Below, piece after piece: positions 47,965 to 57,606 of a stretch of 57,606 bases of DNA (its first letter is position 1; the number at the start of each line of letters is the position of its first letter). A program made the position numbers and the translations under genes. This DNA is from Haliea sp. GTDB taxonomy: Bacteria; Pseudomonadota; Gammaproteobacteria; Pseudomonadales; Halieaceae. The notes below the pieces were generated by a model. The model saw only the letters and a program-made list of their open reading frames with translations. It was not told the origin of the DNA and made no database searches. The stretch spans positions 1 to 57,606 of the forward strand of contig PKCY01000148.1 in assembly GCA_002862985.1 (NCBI GenBank). The letters run 5' to 3'.

Positions 47965-48729
47965 GTGGCAGCGCCGACTCACTATCGTCTTTTCGCAGGT
48001 TCCAGGTGTCCAGTTCTCAGCCTAGCGGCGTACTTGACTGTGTCTCTGTCTTTGTTGTGCTCTGGTATTGTCCAGGCGAACCCCGTGCCCGCTGACGATG
48101 AGTCTCTGGCCAACGGGGCTTTTTTGTATGACCTTTACTGCGCCGGATGCCACGGTGTGAGTACCTCTGAACAGGGCTATGGTTTCAATGCCGAGGGCGA
48201 ACTGGCGCAGGAGTACGATTTCTCCGACTTGATTGATGAAGCTCAGGCCCAGAACTCGCTTGCTGGCGAAAATAATGCGTGGCCCGACTGGGTTGAATAT
48301 CCTGACTGGGAACCCGGAGATAATGAGTCAGCCCTTAAGTCAGAAATTCTCTACGATCTCACCGAGGCCATAGATGATGCCTACGGAATTGAGCCTGACT
48401 CCGGGTCCAGTTCTGAATATGTGGCGCCACAGACAGAATTTTTTGATTCCTTACCGAGTGAGCAAATGACTGATATTGCTGACGCTGACGCTGACGCTGA
48501 CGCTGACGCTGGCGCTGGCGCATTCGATCCCGCCCCTGGTGTCACCAATCTCGCTGCTCCTTACCTGTATTTTTATGGCACCAGTGAGGAGGACATGTTC
48601 AACAGTATTGCCTATGGCGCAGGCGGCGCCGCTATGCCGGGCTGGCAAATTGAGCTTGGCAGTGATGAGGCCATCTGGGATCTGGTGAATTATATCCGCA
48701 GCTACTGGGGCGAGGAGTGGCTGTACTAG
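47965..48729 (+). CDS. Monoheme c-type cytochrome with long acidic insertion
   Basis: Hydrophobic signal, CAGCH, distal AMPGW and IWDLVNYIRS. The start is approximate (GTG 47965). Confidence 0.75.
   Translation: MAAPTHYRLFAGSRCPVLSLAAYLTVSLSLLCSGIVQANPVPADDESLANGAFLYDLYCAGCHGVSTSEQGYGFNAEGELAQEYDFSDLIDEAQAQNSLAGENNAWPDWVEYPDWEPGDNESALKSEILYDLTEAIDDAYGIEPDSGSSSEYVAPQTEFFDSLPSEQMTDIADADADADADAGAGAFDPAPGVTNLAAPYLYFYGTSEEDMFNSIAYGAGGAAMPGWQIELGSDEAIWDLVNYIRSYWGEEWLY
48478..48510 (+). repeat. In-frame hexamer microsatellite GCT(GACGCT)5
   Basis: Direct reading; encodes ADADADADADA. Confidence 0.95.
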
Positions 48730-50003
48730 GGCTTAAGTCGGGCATTGAGTGAGGCGATCTTTACGCACACGATAAATGCGGTAATGGCTGCCTGCACATC
48801 ATCAAGCGACGGATAAGTGGGTGACAGGCGAATGTTGCAGTCCTTGGGATCTTTGCCATAGGGATAGGTCGCTCCCGCCGGTGTCAGCTTCACTCCGATC
48901 GTCTCGGCCAGTGCCACTACCTCCCGTGCCAGTCCCGGCAGCGTATTAAAGGAAATGAAGTAGCCACCGCGGGGTGAGGACCACGCGCCCATCCCGGTGC
49001 CGTCCAGTTCCCGTGCTAATGAGTCGATCACGCATTCAAAGCGCGGCCTGATCAGCGCTGCGTGTGCTGCCATGTGCTCAGCCAGTTGCCCCGAGCCACT
49101 CAAAAAACGGGTATGGCGTAATTGATTCACCTTGTCTGGTCCGATCGTCCGGAAAGCCAGATGGTTTTTGAAAGCCTTCAGGTTTTCTATGCTAGTGGCG
49201 AGAAACGCAACGCCGGCACCGGCAAAGGTTACTTTGGATGTGGAGCCGAACTGGAATACGTTATTCAGAGTGTTGTGCTGTTGGCAGTAAGTGCGGATAG
49301 AGGCCAGCTCAGGTGCATCGTCGTACAGTGAATGAACGGCGTAGGCGTTGTCCCACATTACGAGGAAGTGGTCCGAGGCGATCAGTCCCAGGCGGGCAAT
49401 GCGTTCCACCGTTGCGTCGCTGTAGACACCGCCGGTGGGGTTGGAAAAGCGCGGCACGCACCACAGGCCTTTGATGGCAGAGTCTTGCTTCACCAGCGCC
49501 TCGATTGTGTCCATATCCGGACCACTGTCGAGCATCGGTACCGCAATCATTTCGATGCCCAGGTATTCGCAGAGGGCGAAGTGACGATCGTAGCCAGGAG
49601 TGGGGCACAGGAATTTTACCGTATCGCTGTTGCCCCAGGCAGAGGCGGGGCCACGCAGGCCATCAGTGAGGGCAAATTCGATAGTGTTGTACATCAACGT
49701 AAGGCTGGAGTTGCCGCCAATAAGCGTTTCGTCAGCCGGTGTCCCCAGAACATCGCCGAACAAGGCCCTGGCTTCTTCCAATCCCTCCAGGCCACCGTAA
49801 TTGCGCGCATCGATACCGTTGGCAGCGAGAAAGTCGTCGCCGAGGATTCCGTCCAGGGCATTCGACAGAGCCACCTGCTCTGTACTGGGTTTGCCCCGAG
49901 TGAGATCCAGTGCCAGGTTGGCTCCTCTTAAGGCATCGTACTGCTCTTTAAGCGTTTCCAGTTGGGATGTCAGTTCGGTGGCTGACAGCTGATCAATATG
50001 CAC
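48726..50003 (-). CDS. PLP-dependent aminotransferase class I/II
   Basis: Motifs LDLTRGKP, PGYDRHF, WDNAY, STSKVT and GGYFIS. Confidence 0.92.
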   Translation of the reverse strand: MHIDQLSATELTSQLETLKEQYDALRGANLALDLTRGKPSTEQVALSNALDGILGDDFLAANGIDARNYGGLEGLEEARALFGDVLGTPADETLIGGNSSLTLMYNTIEFALTDGLRGPASAWGNSDTVKFLCPTPGYDRHFALCEYLGIEMIAVPMLDSGPDMDTIEALVKQDSAIKGLWCVPRFSNPTGGVYSDATVERIARLGLIASDHFLVMWDNAYAVHSLYDDAPELASIRTYCQQHNTLNNVFQFGSTSKVTFAGAGVAFLATSIENLKAFKNHLAFRTIGPDKVNQLRHTRFLSGSGQLAEHMAAHAALIRPRFECVIDSLARELDGTGMGAWSSPRGGYFISFNTLPGLAREVVALAETIGVKLTPAGATYPYGKDPKDCNIRLSPTYPSLDDVQAAITAFIVCVKIASLNARLKP

Positions 50004-50182
50004 GGCGTTGTCCTCGTACCAGAGTCTGGTGGCTGACGGTAATAAACAGCGCGGAAGTATAGCGGGAACCGCATCCGAGCAGTATGCCCCAGACCGCGAA
50101 GCTTGAATATTGCGCAAGTGCCTATATAAAGATGGGATTGGCTGAGCGTTATGGCCTGGAATTGGACGAGATCAGGATTGCA

Positions 50183-52612
50183 ATGAGCGACTTTGAAGAG
50201 CCAGTAGATGGTGAAGTAGTGCCGTCCGAGGAAGGGCGGCAGGCGCCGGCGGTGGCCGATGATGTGTTGCCCGATACCCTGTATTTGATGCCCGTGCCCA
50301 ACCGGCCCTTTTTCCCCGGTCAGGTGCAGCCTGTGGGTATCAATCCGCAAGACTGGGGCAGTACCCTGGAAGCGGTTAGCCAGTCTGGCCAGGGGTTGCT
50401 CGGTCTGTCTTATGTGGATCAGCCCCAGATTCAACCCGGGGAGGCGGAACCCCGGCAGATTCCTGCAATCGGCTGTGTGGTGCGCCTGCACCGTGCCCCC
50501 GAGTCTCCCGGACAGCCCGGGCATTTTCTTGCCCAGGGCATCAGGCGATTTCGTATTGTGCGCTGGCTCAGTGAGACGCCACCCTATCTGGTGCAGGTCG
50601 AGTATCCGCGTAGCCAGGGTGATCGAGACTCTGACGAAATCAAAGCGTATGCGATGGCCCTGATCAAGGAGATTAAGGAGCTGTTGCCCCTAAGTCCGCT
50701 CTACAGTGAAGAGCTCAAACAATACATGGCCAACTTTAGCCCCAATCAGCCCAGCTTAATGGCCGACTTTTCCGCCGCACTGACCACTGCCAGCGGCGAT
50801 CAATTGCAGGAAATAATGGATACGCTCCCGCTGCGCTCGCGCATGGAAAAGGTGCTGCTGTTGCTGCGCAAAGAACGGGAAGTGGCCGAGTTACAGGCAC
50901 AAATCACCAGCCAGGTGAATGAGAAGGTGTCGGAGCAGCAGCGCGAATTCTTCCTGCGTGAGCAATTGAAAGTCATACAGAAGGAATTGGGTATATCCAA
51001 GGATGATCGCACCGCCGATGTGGAATTGTTTGAGGAGCGTATTAAGGCACTCGATGTTCCCGAAGTGGCTTCCAGACGAATAGGAGAGGAGCTTCGCAAG
51101 CTCTCGGTCTTGGAAACAGGCTCGCCGGAATACGGCGTTACGCGCAATTATCTGGACTGGGCCACCAGCGTGCCCTGGGGTGTCGTGTCCAAGGACAATC
51201 TAAACCTTAAACACGCACGTAAGGTGTTAGACGCGCAGCACGAAGGTTTGGACGAGGTGAAAGATCGCATCCTGGAATTCCTGGCCGTGGGTGCATTTAA
51301 GGGAGAGATAAAGGGTTCGATTCTGTTATTGGTAGGACCGCCAGGGGTAGGTAAAACCAGTATTGGTCGTTCTGTAGCCGATACCTTGGGGCGCGAATTC
51401 TATCGCTTTAGTCTTGGTGGTATGCGCGACGAGGCGGAAATTAAGGGGCACCGGCGCACCTATATTGGCGCCATGCCCGGTAAATTTATCCAGTCCCTGA
51501 AGGAAGTACAGGTCTCCAACCCGGTAATTATGCTGGATGAAATTGACAAGATCGGTGCCTCTTTTCAGGGTGACCCCGCGTCTGCTTTGCTGGAAGTGTT
51601 GGACCCGGAGCAGAACAGCGAATTTCTCGACCACTATCTCGACCTGCGGGTAGATCTGTCCAAAGTGCTATTCATCTGCACGGCAAACCAGCTCGACACC
51701 ATTCCGGCGCCACTGTTGGATCGTATGGAGACTCTGCGCCTCTCGGGTTATGTGGCGGAAGAAAAATTGTCCATCGCAAAAAATCATCTGTGGCCTAAAC
51801 AACTCGAACGTCATGGGCTCAGCGATGAGCAATTGAAAATCAACGATGCTGGTTTGAAGTATGTGATCGAGTCGTATTGTCGCGAAGCGGGGGTGCGCTC
51901 TCTCGAAAAACAGCTTGCCCGCATTATGCGCAAGTCGATTGTGCGACTACTGAGTGAGAAGGAAGCCAAGTTACGCGTGGGTAAAAAAGATATCGAAGAT
52001 CTACTGGGCACGCCTCCATTTCAGGCTGAACGGCCGCTGCGCGGGATGGGTGTCGTGACAGGATTAGCGTGGACTTCGATGGGCGGTGCCACCTTACCAA
52101 TAGAGTCGTCGCGGATTCATACACTCAACCGGGGCTTTAAGTTGACCGGGCGGTTGGGGGAGGTAATGAAAGAGTCGGCCGAAATCGCCTATAGCTATGT
52201 TGTTTCTCACCTTAAGGACTACAACTGCGATCTGGACTTCTTTGATATTAGCATGGTGCACCTGCATGTTCCTGAGGGCGCTACACCCAAAGACGGTCCC
52301 AGTGCCGGTGTTACGATGGCAACGTCACTGGTTTCTCTGGCGCGTCGGGAGCGTATTAAACGACCGCTGGCAATGACGGGCGAGTTGACGCTGACGGGGC
52401 AGGTATTGCCGGTGGGAGGCATACGCGAAAAAGTTATTGCGGCGCGGCGTAGCAAGATTATGGAGCTGATTCTTCCCTTTGGTAACCGGCGGGATTTTGA
52501 GGAGTTGCCGGAGTATTTGCGGGACGGTGTTAATGTGCATTTTGCTCGGAATTATCGGGAAGTTTTTGAGTTTGTGTTTGATGAGCATCGAGTGGAAAAG
52601 TCTTTGCACTAG
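50183..52612 (+). CDS. lon: Lon (La) ATP-dependent protease
   Basis: Motifs GPPGVGKT, GHRRTYIGAMPG, LDEIDK and PKDGPSAG. Confidence 0.97.
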   Translation: MSDFEEPVDGEVVPSEEGRQAPAVADDVLPDTLYLMPVPNRPFFPGQVQPVGINPQDWGSTLEAVSQSGQGLLGLSYVDQPQIQPGEAEPRQIPAIGCVVRLHRAPESPGQPGHFLAQGIRRFRIVRWLSETPPYLVQVEYPRSQGDRDSDEIKAYAMALIKEIKELLPLSPLYSEELKQYMANFSPNQPSLMADFSAALTTASGDQLQEIMDTLPLRSRMEKVLLLLRKEREVAELQAQITSQVNEKVSEQQREFFLREQLKVIQKELGISKDDRTADVELFEERIKALDVPEVASRRIGEELRKLSVLETGSPEYGVTRNYLDWATSVPWGVVSKDNLNLKHARKVLDAQHEGLDEVKDRILEFLAVGAFKGEIKGSILLLVGPPGVGKTSIGRSVADTLGREFYRFSLGGMRDEAEIKGHRRTYIGAMPGKFIQSLKEVQVSNPVIMLDEIDKIGASFQGDPASALLEVLDPEQNSEFLDHYLDLRVDLSKVLFICTANQLDTIPAPLLDRMETLRLSGYVAEEKLSIAKNHLWPKQLERHGLSDEQLKINDAGLKYVIESYCREAGVRSLEKQLARIMRKSIVRLLSEKEAKLRVGKKDIEDLLGTPPFQAERPLRGMGVVTGLAWTSMGGATLPIESSRIHTLNRGFKLTGRLGEVMKESAEIAYSYVVSHLKDYNCDLDFFDISMVHLHVPEGATPKDGPSAGVTMATSLVSLARRERIKRPLAMTGELTLTGQVLPVGGIREKVIAARRSKIMELILPFGNRRDFEELPEYLRDGVNVHFARNYREVFEFVFDEHRVEKSLH

Positions 52613-52720
52613 AACCTGTTTACGTTCGACGGGGCATTCACTTCGATTCACTGTGGCCTTACCCTGAGTGTGCATCCCTGCTTGCCATACGGAGCACAGC
52701 GAAAAATTGGGTTGCAGCGT

Positions 52721-53716
52721 TTAAAGCAACGGTTTCCAGGTCCCGGGCACCCGGGCAGTCACAACCGCCCGACAAGGCGCCGGATGCCCCTCGATCGATT
52801 GACTCGCATCCTCAGGATTCAGAAAATCCGCCAGCGAGTGAAACGTCATCCAATCCGTCGACCGCTGTTCCTGCGGCGTCGTAACACAGACATTTACAAC
52901 CTCAGCATCCACGAACCCCAGCTTTCTGAGCCAACTCAGCAGCGTGTCGCAACTGGGTAAAAACCATACATTGGCCATACGGGCGTAGCGGCTCTCTGGC
53001 ATCAGTGTGTCGCCTAATTCACCTTCAATCACCAGCGTCTCCACTACCAGCTGACCGCCCGGCCTCAGGCAGTCTTTCAGTTCCTGCAAGTGATCAAAGG
53101 GCGAGCGGCGGTGGTAGAGAACCCCCATTGAAAATACCGTATCGAAGGCCTGGAGTTTGGGTGGAACTTGCTCCATCGCAAGTGGCAAGACCCAGATATT
53201 GTTCTGCTGCAAATACCGTTGTAGCGCCCAAAACTGTACGACGAACAGCGGCGTTGGATCGATACCAATGACTTCGGCTGCGCCATCGCCCAGCATGCGC
53301 CAACAGTGATAGCCGCTGCCACATCCCACATCCAGCACTCGCCGCCCGGAGAGAGGGTCAATGTTTTCGTGCAGGCGTCCCCACTTCCAGTCGGAGCGCC
53401 ACTCCGTATCGATGTGTACGTTGAACAGTTCAAACGGGCCCTTGCGCCAGGGGTGAAGCTGTTGCAAGGCGGCGCGTAGTTGTGTGGTGGTGGCCTCGTC
53501 AACCGGCTGACTGGTCCTGGCGCCTACCCGTGACGTGTTTAAATGAATTTCTTCCGCGTGCAACTGCGGCAAGGCCTCCAGAGCCGAAAGCCAGCGCTGC
53601 AGGTCACCGTAGCGTTCGTGGTTCAGACCACTGGCGATTTGTTGATCGAGCTGCTGTGCCCAGCTATCCAGAGCACTGTTACGCCAGTGGTCAATCAATG
53701 GTTGGTAGTCGATCAT
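52721..53716 (-). CDS. cmoB: tRNA U34 carboxymethyltransferase CmoB
   Basis: Motifs PWRKGPF, IDTEWRSDWKW and FSMGVLYHRRSP. Confidence 0.97.
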   Translation of the reverse strand: MIDYQPLIDHWRNSALDSWAQQLDQQIASGLNHERYGDLQRWLSALEALPQLHAEEIHLNTSRVGARTSQPVDEATTTQLRAALQQLHPWRKGPFELFNVHIDTEWRSDWKWGRLHENIDPLSGRRVLDVGCGSGYHCWRMLGDGAAEVIGIDPTPLFVVQFWALQRYLQQNNIWVLPLAMEQVPPKLQAFDTVFSMGVLYHRRSPFDHLQELKDCLRPGGQLVVETLVIEGELGDTLMPESRYARMANVWFLPSCDTLLSWLRKLGFVDAEVVNVCVTTPQEQRSTDWMTFHSLADFLNPEDASQSIEGHPAPCRAVVTARVPGTWKPLL

Positions 53717-54444
53717 TTTAGTGCGACAAGGGATGCGAAATTGAAGCACTGAAACCAGACATCGCAGCTACTAAAACCAGCGCCGTTAATGCGGTGTTTG
53801 TGCTGGCCGAGCGTCTCTGGAAGCAGGACATTCTCAAGGGCATTGCGTTTACGTGCGACTTCCAGGTCGCTGTAGCCATTGGCGCGTTTGAACTGATGGT
53901 GTAGCTCGATGTTCAGCGCGTCCAGGCGTGGGTCCTCAAACGCCACTTTTTCCGATAACACCATCACACCGCCGGGGAGCAATCCGCGGTAGATTCTGCC
54001 AATCACCTGGTCGCGCAATGGGGTTGGGATAAATTGCAGGGTAAAGTTGAGTACGACCACCGATGCATTTTCAATGGTGATGTCCTGTAGATCGGCGCAA
54101 GTGAGAGTGACAGGGGCATCGTGCGGGTCGTTATCGATAATACTTTTGCAGCGCTCCAGCATCGACGCGGAATTATCCACGCTGATGATGTGGCAGTCGG
54201 TCGCGCGGAGATTCTGGCGCATAGCCAGAGTGGAGGCGCCCAGGGAGCAACCGAGATCGTAAAGAGAGCTGCCGGCAACGGCATATTTTTCAGCCAGTAG
54301 GCCGGTCATTGCGACGATTGTGGGGTAGCCGGGGACCGAGCGCTTGATCATGTCCGGAAAGACGCGCGCCACGCTGTCATCGAAGGCAAACAGGCCGTCT
54401 TCGGACAGGGGGTCAGCGTAGAGTGTATCGCGGGGATTAGTCAC
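53713..54444 (-). CDS. cmoA: Carboxy-SAM synthase CmoA
   Basis: Motifs FPDMIKRSVPGY, YDLGCSLG, LNFTLQF and WFQCFNF. Confidence 0.97.
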   Translation of the reverse strand: MTNPRDTLYADPLSEDGLFAFDDSVARVFPDMIKRSVPGYPTIVAMTGLLAEKYAVAGSSLYDLGCSLGASTLAMRQNLRATDCHIISVDNSASMLERCKSIIDNDPHDAPVTLTCADLQDITIENASVVVLNFTLQFIPTPLRDQVIGRIYRGLLPGGVMVLSEKVAFEDPRLDALNIELHHQFKRANGYSDLEVARKRNALENVLLPETLGQHKHRINGAGFSSCDVWFQCFNFASLVALK

Positions 54445-54602
54445 AAGTCGGTATGGGGCGCGAAGCCGCTCAAAAATTAGCAGACACGTAGTCAGGGCCA
54501 TAATTCTAGCATGAAATATTGAACCACGATGCTCAGGTTTTCCTGTATTCCTGCTGACATAGTGGCCACAATGATCAAACATAGAGTTTTCAAGGGGCAT
54601 TT

Positions 54603-55433
54603 ATGGCGGTATCGGACGAGGGCTTCACACATGACACGCAGCCTCCTGCGCTGCGGCACAGTGTTATGGAATTCGGGCGGGTCATGCTGGAAATTGGCAG
54701 CACTGCCTTACTCACACCACTGTTGAAAACCCTGCCAAAAGGTGATGGTCACACCATCATGACAATTCCCGGATTTATGGGTGCTGACGGTTCTACCTCG
54801 CCGCTGCGTCGGTTCCTTAAAAAGCGTGGATACAATGCGATTCCCTGGGGGCTGGGCCGTAACGCTTCAAATGTCCGTTCCCAAAATATTGACGACTTTT
54901 TGGCCCATCGTGCGGCCACTGAGGACGCGATAGCGTTGCGCATAGAGCAAGAATTCATCGCCAGTGGGAGCAAGTTAACCCTGATTGGTTGGAGCCTCGG
55001 GGGGTTGTATGCGGTGGCGCTGGCGCATCGATTTCCGCAATGGGTTCGTCAAGTGATCACGCTGGGCACGCCCTACGGCGACCCGCGGGGCACAGCCTTG
55101 TACAGTGTGATGGGTAGAATATATAACAATGGTGTGGAGGAAGAGGCGCTGGAACGCTGGGTTGCGCATACCTACAGCGGCGGCACGCTCCGTGTTCCCG
55201 TATTGGCACTCTACAGCGAGTCAGACGGTATCGTCGGAGCGGGCATAGCCAAATGCCAGGGCGACCCACGGTATGTGACTAATATGGCGGTGGTCGCCAG
55301 CCATGTGGGTTTTCCGTTTAATCCGCTGGTGTTTGCAGTGGTGGCGAATCATCTGGTGGAACCCCAGGATCGTTGGGCGTTATGCCGTAGCCAATATATC
55401 CGGCCGCTGGTGAGAGTGGTTGCTGCAAGTTGA
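54603..55433 (+). CDS. Alpha/beta hydrolase (esterase/lipase-like)
   Basis: Motifs IPGF, GWSLGG, SESDGIV and SHVG. Confidence 0.9.
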   Translation: MAVSDEGFTHDTQPPALRHSVMEFGRVMLEIGSTALLTPLLKTLPKGDGHTIMTIPGFMGADGSTSPLRRFLKKRGYNAIPWGLGRNASNVRSQNIDDFLAHRAATEDAIALRIEQEFIASGSKLTLIGWSLGGLYAVALAHRFPQWVRQVITLGTPYGDPRGTALYSVMGRIYNNGVEEEALERWVAHTYSGGTLRVPVLALYSESDGIVGAGIAKCQGDPRYVTNMAVVASHVGFPFNPLVFAVVANHLVEPQDRWALCRSQYIRPLVRVVAAS

Positions 55434-56029
55434 GATAGGCGTCCCTTTGCCAGTTTGGAAAGCAATTCTGTACCGGACCGCCTGTGGTAACAGTGACGAG
55501 TGCTAGTTAGCGCTGCGCACCAGCTTCGAATCTTCCGCGCTAGAGTGATTTGGCGGGGGGGTCTGTGGGTTGAACCCGGCAAAATGGTCATCACAGTGGG
55601 TCGATTTTTTGTCGCGAGTGTCGCGAGTGAATTTGATACTGCGTAAAAAATCCACCAGGCTCGCTTTGCCTTCATCCAATCTTTTCATGGGTAATCCGAA
55701 TACACATCTATTGTCTGTCTCTCACCATTAGTATAGTGACCTGTGGACAATATGGGACGTAAAAAGTACCTGAGAATTATGTGAACTTTGTCCGTGAGCT
55801 GAACGCTGGGCTATAATCCGGCGCGTGTTCCGGGCATGCGCTTTTTGGCGGGTAGTAACCCCGATGGCCGGTTACCCGAGATGGCAGCCAGATTTAGATA
55901 GCCGATATCAGAGGGGGAGGCCGTGGCGCGCCTCCACCAGCAGAGCGGCTGCAAACCGATACCGTTGAACTATGCTGGCAGTTGCTGAGCGCACTGCTGG
56001 GCCAGATGTAGACCCAGGGAGAAGTACCC

Positions 56030-57217
56030 ATGCTGCAAGGCCTAGAACAACTGTCGAGTGATCTGATTCTCGGATTGTCTGACGCCTGTCGCGCCGACCC
56101 GAATCCCAACAAGGTGAATCTGACGGTCGGTATTTACATGAATGAAGCGGGGGTGTGTCCGGTATTTGAGGCTGTGCAGCTGGCTCAGCGAGCTATCGTA
56201 GATGAGGAGGTGACCAAGGCCTATCTCTCCGCCGCGGGCGATGCACAGTTTAATACCGGTATTCAGCGCCTGACGCTTGGCGCTGACAGTATCGCCCTCG
56301 CTGATGGCCGGGTCAGCAGCATACAGACGCCCGGTGGTTGCGGTGGCCTGCGCATCGGCGCCGAGATCATTCAGGCGGCCTCGCCGGGCGCGAGAGTGTG
56401 GATTTCGGACCCCACCTGGCCCGTGCATATTCCACTGCTGGGCAGTGTCGGGCTGCAACTCCAGAGCTACCGCTATTACGACCCGGCCAGTCACGGCGTG
56501 AACTTCGATGGCATGGTGGAAGACCTGAAAAATGCCAGGGCGGGCGATGTGGTGTTGTTGCATGGTTGCTGTCACAACCCCTGCGGTGCCGACTTGTCAT
56601 TGGCCCAATGGGCGATCGTCGCGGATATGCTCGAGCAACAAGGCCTCACGCCCTTTGTTGATATCGCCTACCAGGGTTTGGGTGATGGTTTGGAAGAGGA
56701 CGCTGCCGGTTTGCGTCTGCTCATTTCGCGCTTGCCGGAAGTGATCGTGGCGGCTTCCTGTTCCAAAAATATTGGCCTGTATCGGGAGCGCACCGGCGCT
56801 ACCATTTTTGTTTGTCGGGACGAGGCTAATGCCAGTGCTATTTTGACTCAGGCGCAGGCAGCGGCGCGACGTGTGTATTCAATGCCACCGGCTCACGGTG
56901 CCCTGGTGGCAGGTCGCGTTCTGACAGACGATAATCTGGGTGTAATCTGGCGTACTGAATTGTCCGCCATGTGTCAGCGCATCAATGGTTTGCGCACAAA
57001 TCTGCGTCGGGCGCTGGAAACAACCTGCGGCCAGGATTTCGCTTTCATCGAGCGGGAAAAGGGGATGTTTTCCTTTCTAGGTCTTAGTGCGGCGCAAGCG
57101 GTGCGGCTGCGCAAGGAGTTTGGCGTTTACATGTTGGATTCTTCACGGATTAATGTGGCTGGAATCAATGCACGTAATATCGACTACGTTGCACAGTCAG
57201 TGTCGGAAGTGCTTTAG
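56030..57217 (+). CDS. Aspartate/aromatic amino acid aminotransferase (AspC/TyrB family)
   Basis: Motifs QTPGGCGGL, HGCCHNPCG, DIAYQG, SCSKNIGLYRER and GMFS. Confidence 0.95.
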   Translation: MLQGLEQLSSDLILGLSDACRADPNPNKVNLTVGIYMNEAGVCPVFEAVQLAQRAIVDEEVTKAYLSAAGDAQFNTGIQRLTLGADSIALADGRVSSIQTPGGCGGLRIGAEIIQAASPGARVWISDPTWPVHIPLLGSVGLQLQSYRYYDPASHGVNFDGMVEDLKNARAGDVVLLHGCCHNPCGADLSLAQWAIVADMLEQQGLTPFVDIAYQGLGDGLEEDAAGLRLLISRLPEVIVAASCSKNIGLYRERTGATIFVCRDEANASAILTQAQAAARRVYSMPPAHGALVAGRVLTDDNLGVIWRTELSAMCQRINGLRTNLRRALETTCGQDFAFIEREKGMFSFLGLSAAQAVRLRKEFGVYMLDSSRINVAGINARNIDYVAQSVSEVL

Positions 57218-57273
57218 AGTGGTGGGTACTGTCGAGATGGGGCTTTGGATCTCCCTGCTCGGCGCGGCGCGCC

Positions 57274-57606
57274 CTAACAAGCCTCAAATACAGTCTCCAA
57301 ATAGTAATCGACTACAGTAGGAGGATAACCGATCAGTTCAACCAGTCGCCGATGACATTCAGCCTGATCGGCTCCACGTTCCTTCCATACCGGTATACGT
57401 TTGACCATGGTTTCAACGGCTTCCCGCGGCGTGATAATCCAGGTGTCCTGATCTACTTTCCCGAAAAAGAAATCTGCTGGACAGACACTGATAGCCTGGG
57501 GCTTCATATAGAGCGCCAGCGTTAATACCTGGCGCGCACCTTTCTCAGCAATATATTGAGTGAGGAATTGCATGGTTCCGCCTCGATCCCCCAGGTCGTC
57601 AACTAT
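57274..57606 (-). CDS. Phosphoribosyltransferase (type I), 5'-truncated by window edge
   Basis: The minus-strand frame reads IVDDLGDRGGTMQF (PRPP-binding loop), then LYMKP and WIITPRE. Confidence 0.8.
   Translation of the reverse strand: MVDDLGDRGGTMQFLTQYIAEKGARQVLTLALYMKPQAISVCPADFFFGKVDQDTWIITPREAVETMVKRIPVWKERGADQAECHRRLVELIGYPPTVVDYYLETVFEAC

Noticed and set aside
55503-55688. 61-aa minus-strand ORF
   Set aside because: It is a plausible small gene, but has no recognisable family or clear SD, so I did not call it.
1-57606. Integron integrase, tRNA or rRNA genes
   Set aside because: I saw no tyrosine-recombinase motifs, tRNA cloverleaf/TpsiC signatures or rRNA sequence.

Overview
The window is chromosomal DNA from a gammaproteobacterium. 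The gene content and neighbourhood suggest a marine Halieaceae/OM60-type organism, which is an inference. (1) ~1-28,400 is the distal part of a large, decaying integron cassette array. It has roughly 28 attC-like sites, and each cassette's starting GTTRRRY box is complementary to its terminal RYYYAAC box. No intI or attI is visible in the window. Most attC sites have a mutated GTT or AAC core or an internal deletion, and many cassettes are pseudogenes. (2) The array is interrupted at ~10.7-16.9 kb by an attC-free, opposite-strand block. It holds a DUF3616 gene, a 2x102-bp non-coding tandem repeat and a tightly coupled operon: CotH-kinase lipoprotein, VTC (polyphosphate polymerase-like) protein, DUF4956 membrane protein and OprO/OprP-type porin. 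An IS6 remnant flanks the block. This operon is the best candidate for an uncharacterised system, possibly envelope polyphosphate synthesis, export and use. (3) ~28.4-34.4 kb holds accessory genes, including an alkyl sulfatase, cupins and an Imm50-ACT fusion. (4) ~34.5-57.6 kb is core genome: imuB and imuA (split, each with its own LexA box, no adjacent dnaE2), holA, lptE, leuS, lnt, corC, ybeY, phoH, miaB, DUF1820, an unusual acidic cytochrome c, an aminotransferase, lon, cmoB, cmoA, a hydrolase, an aspC/tyrB-type transaminase and a partial PRTase. All family calls come from motif recognition by eye; no searches were run.
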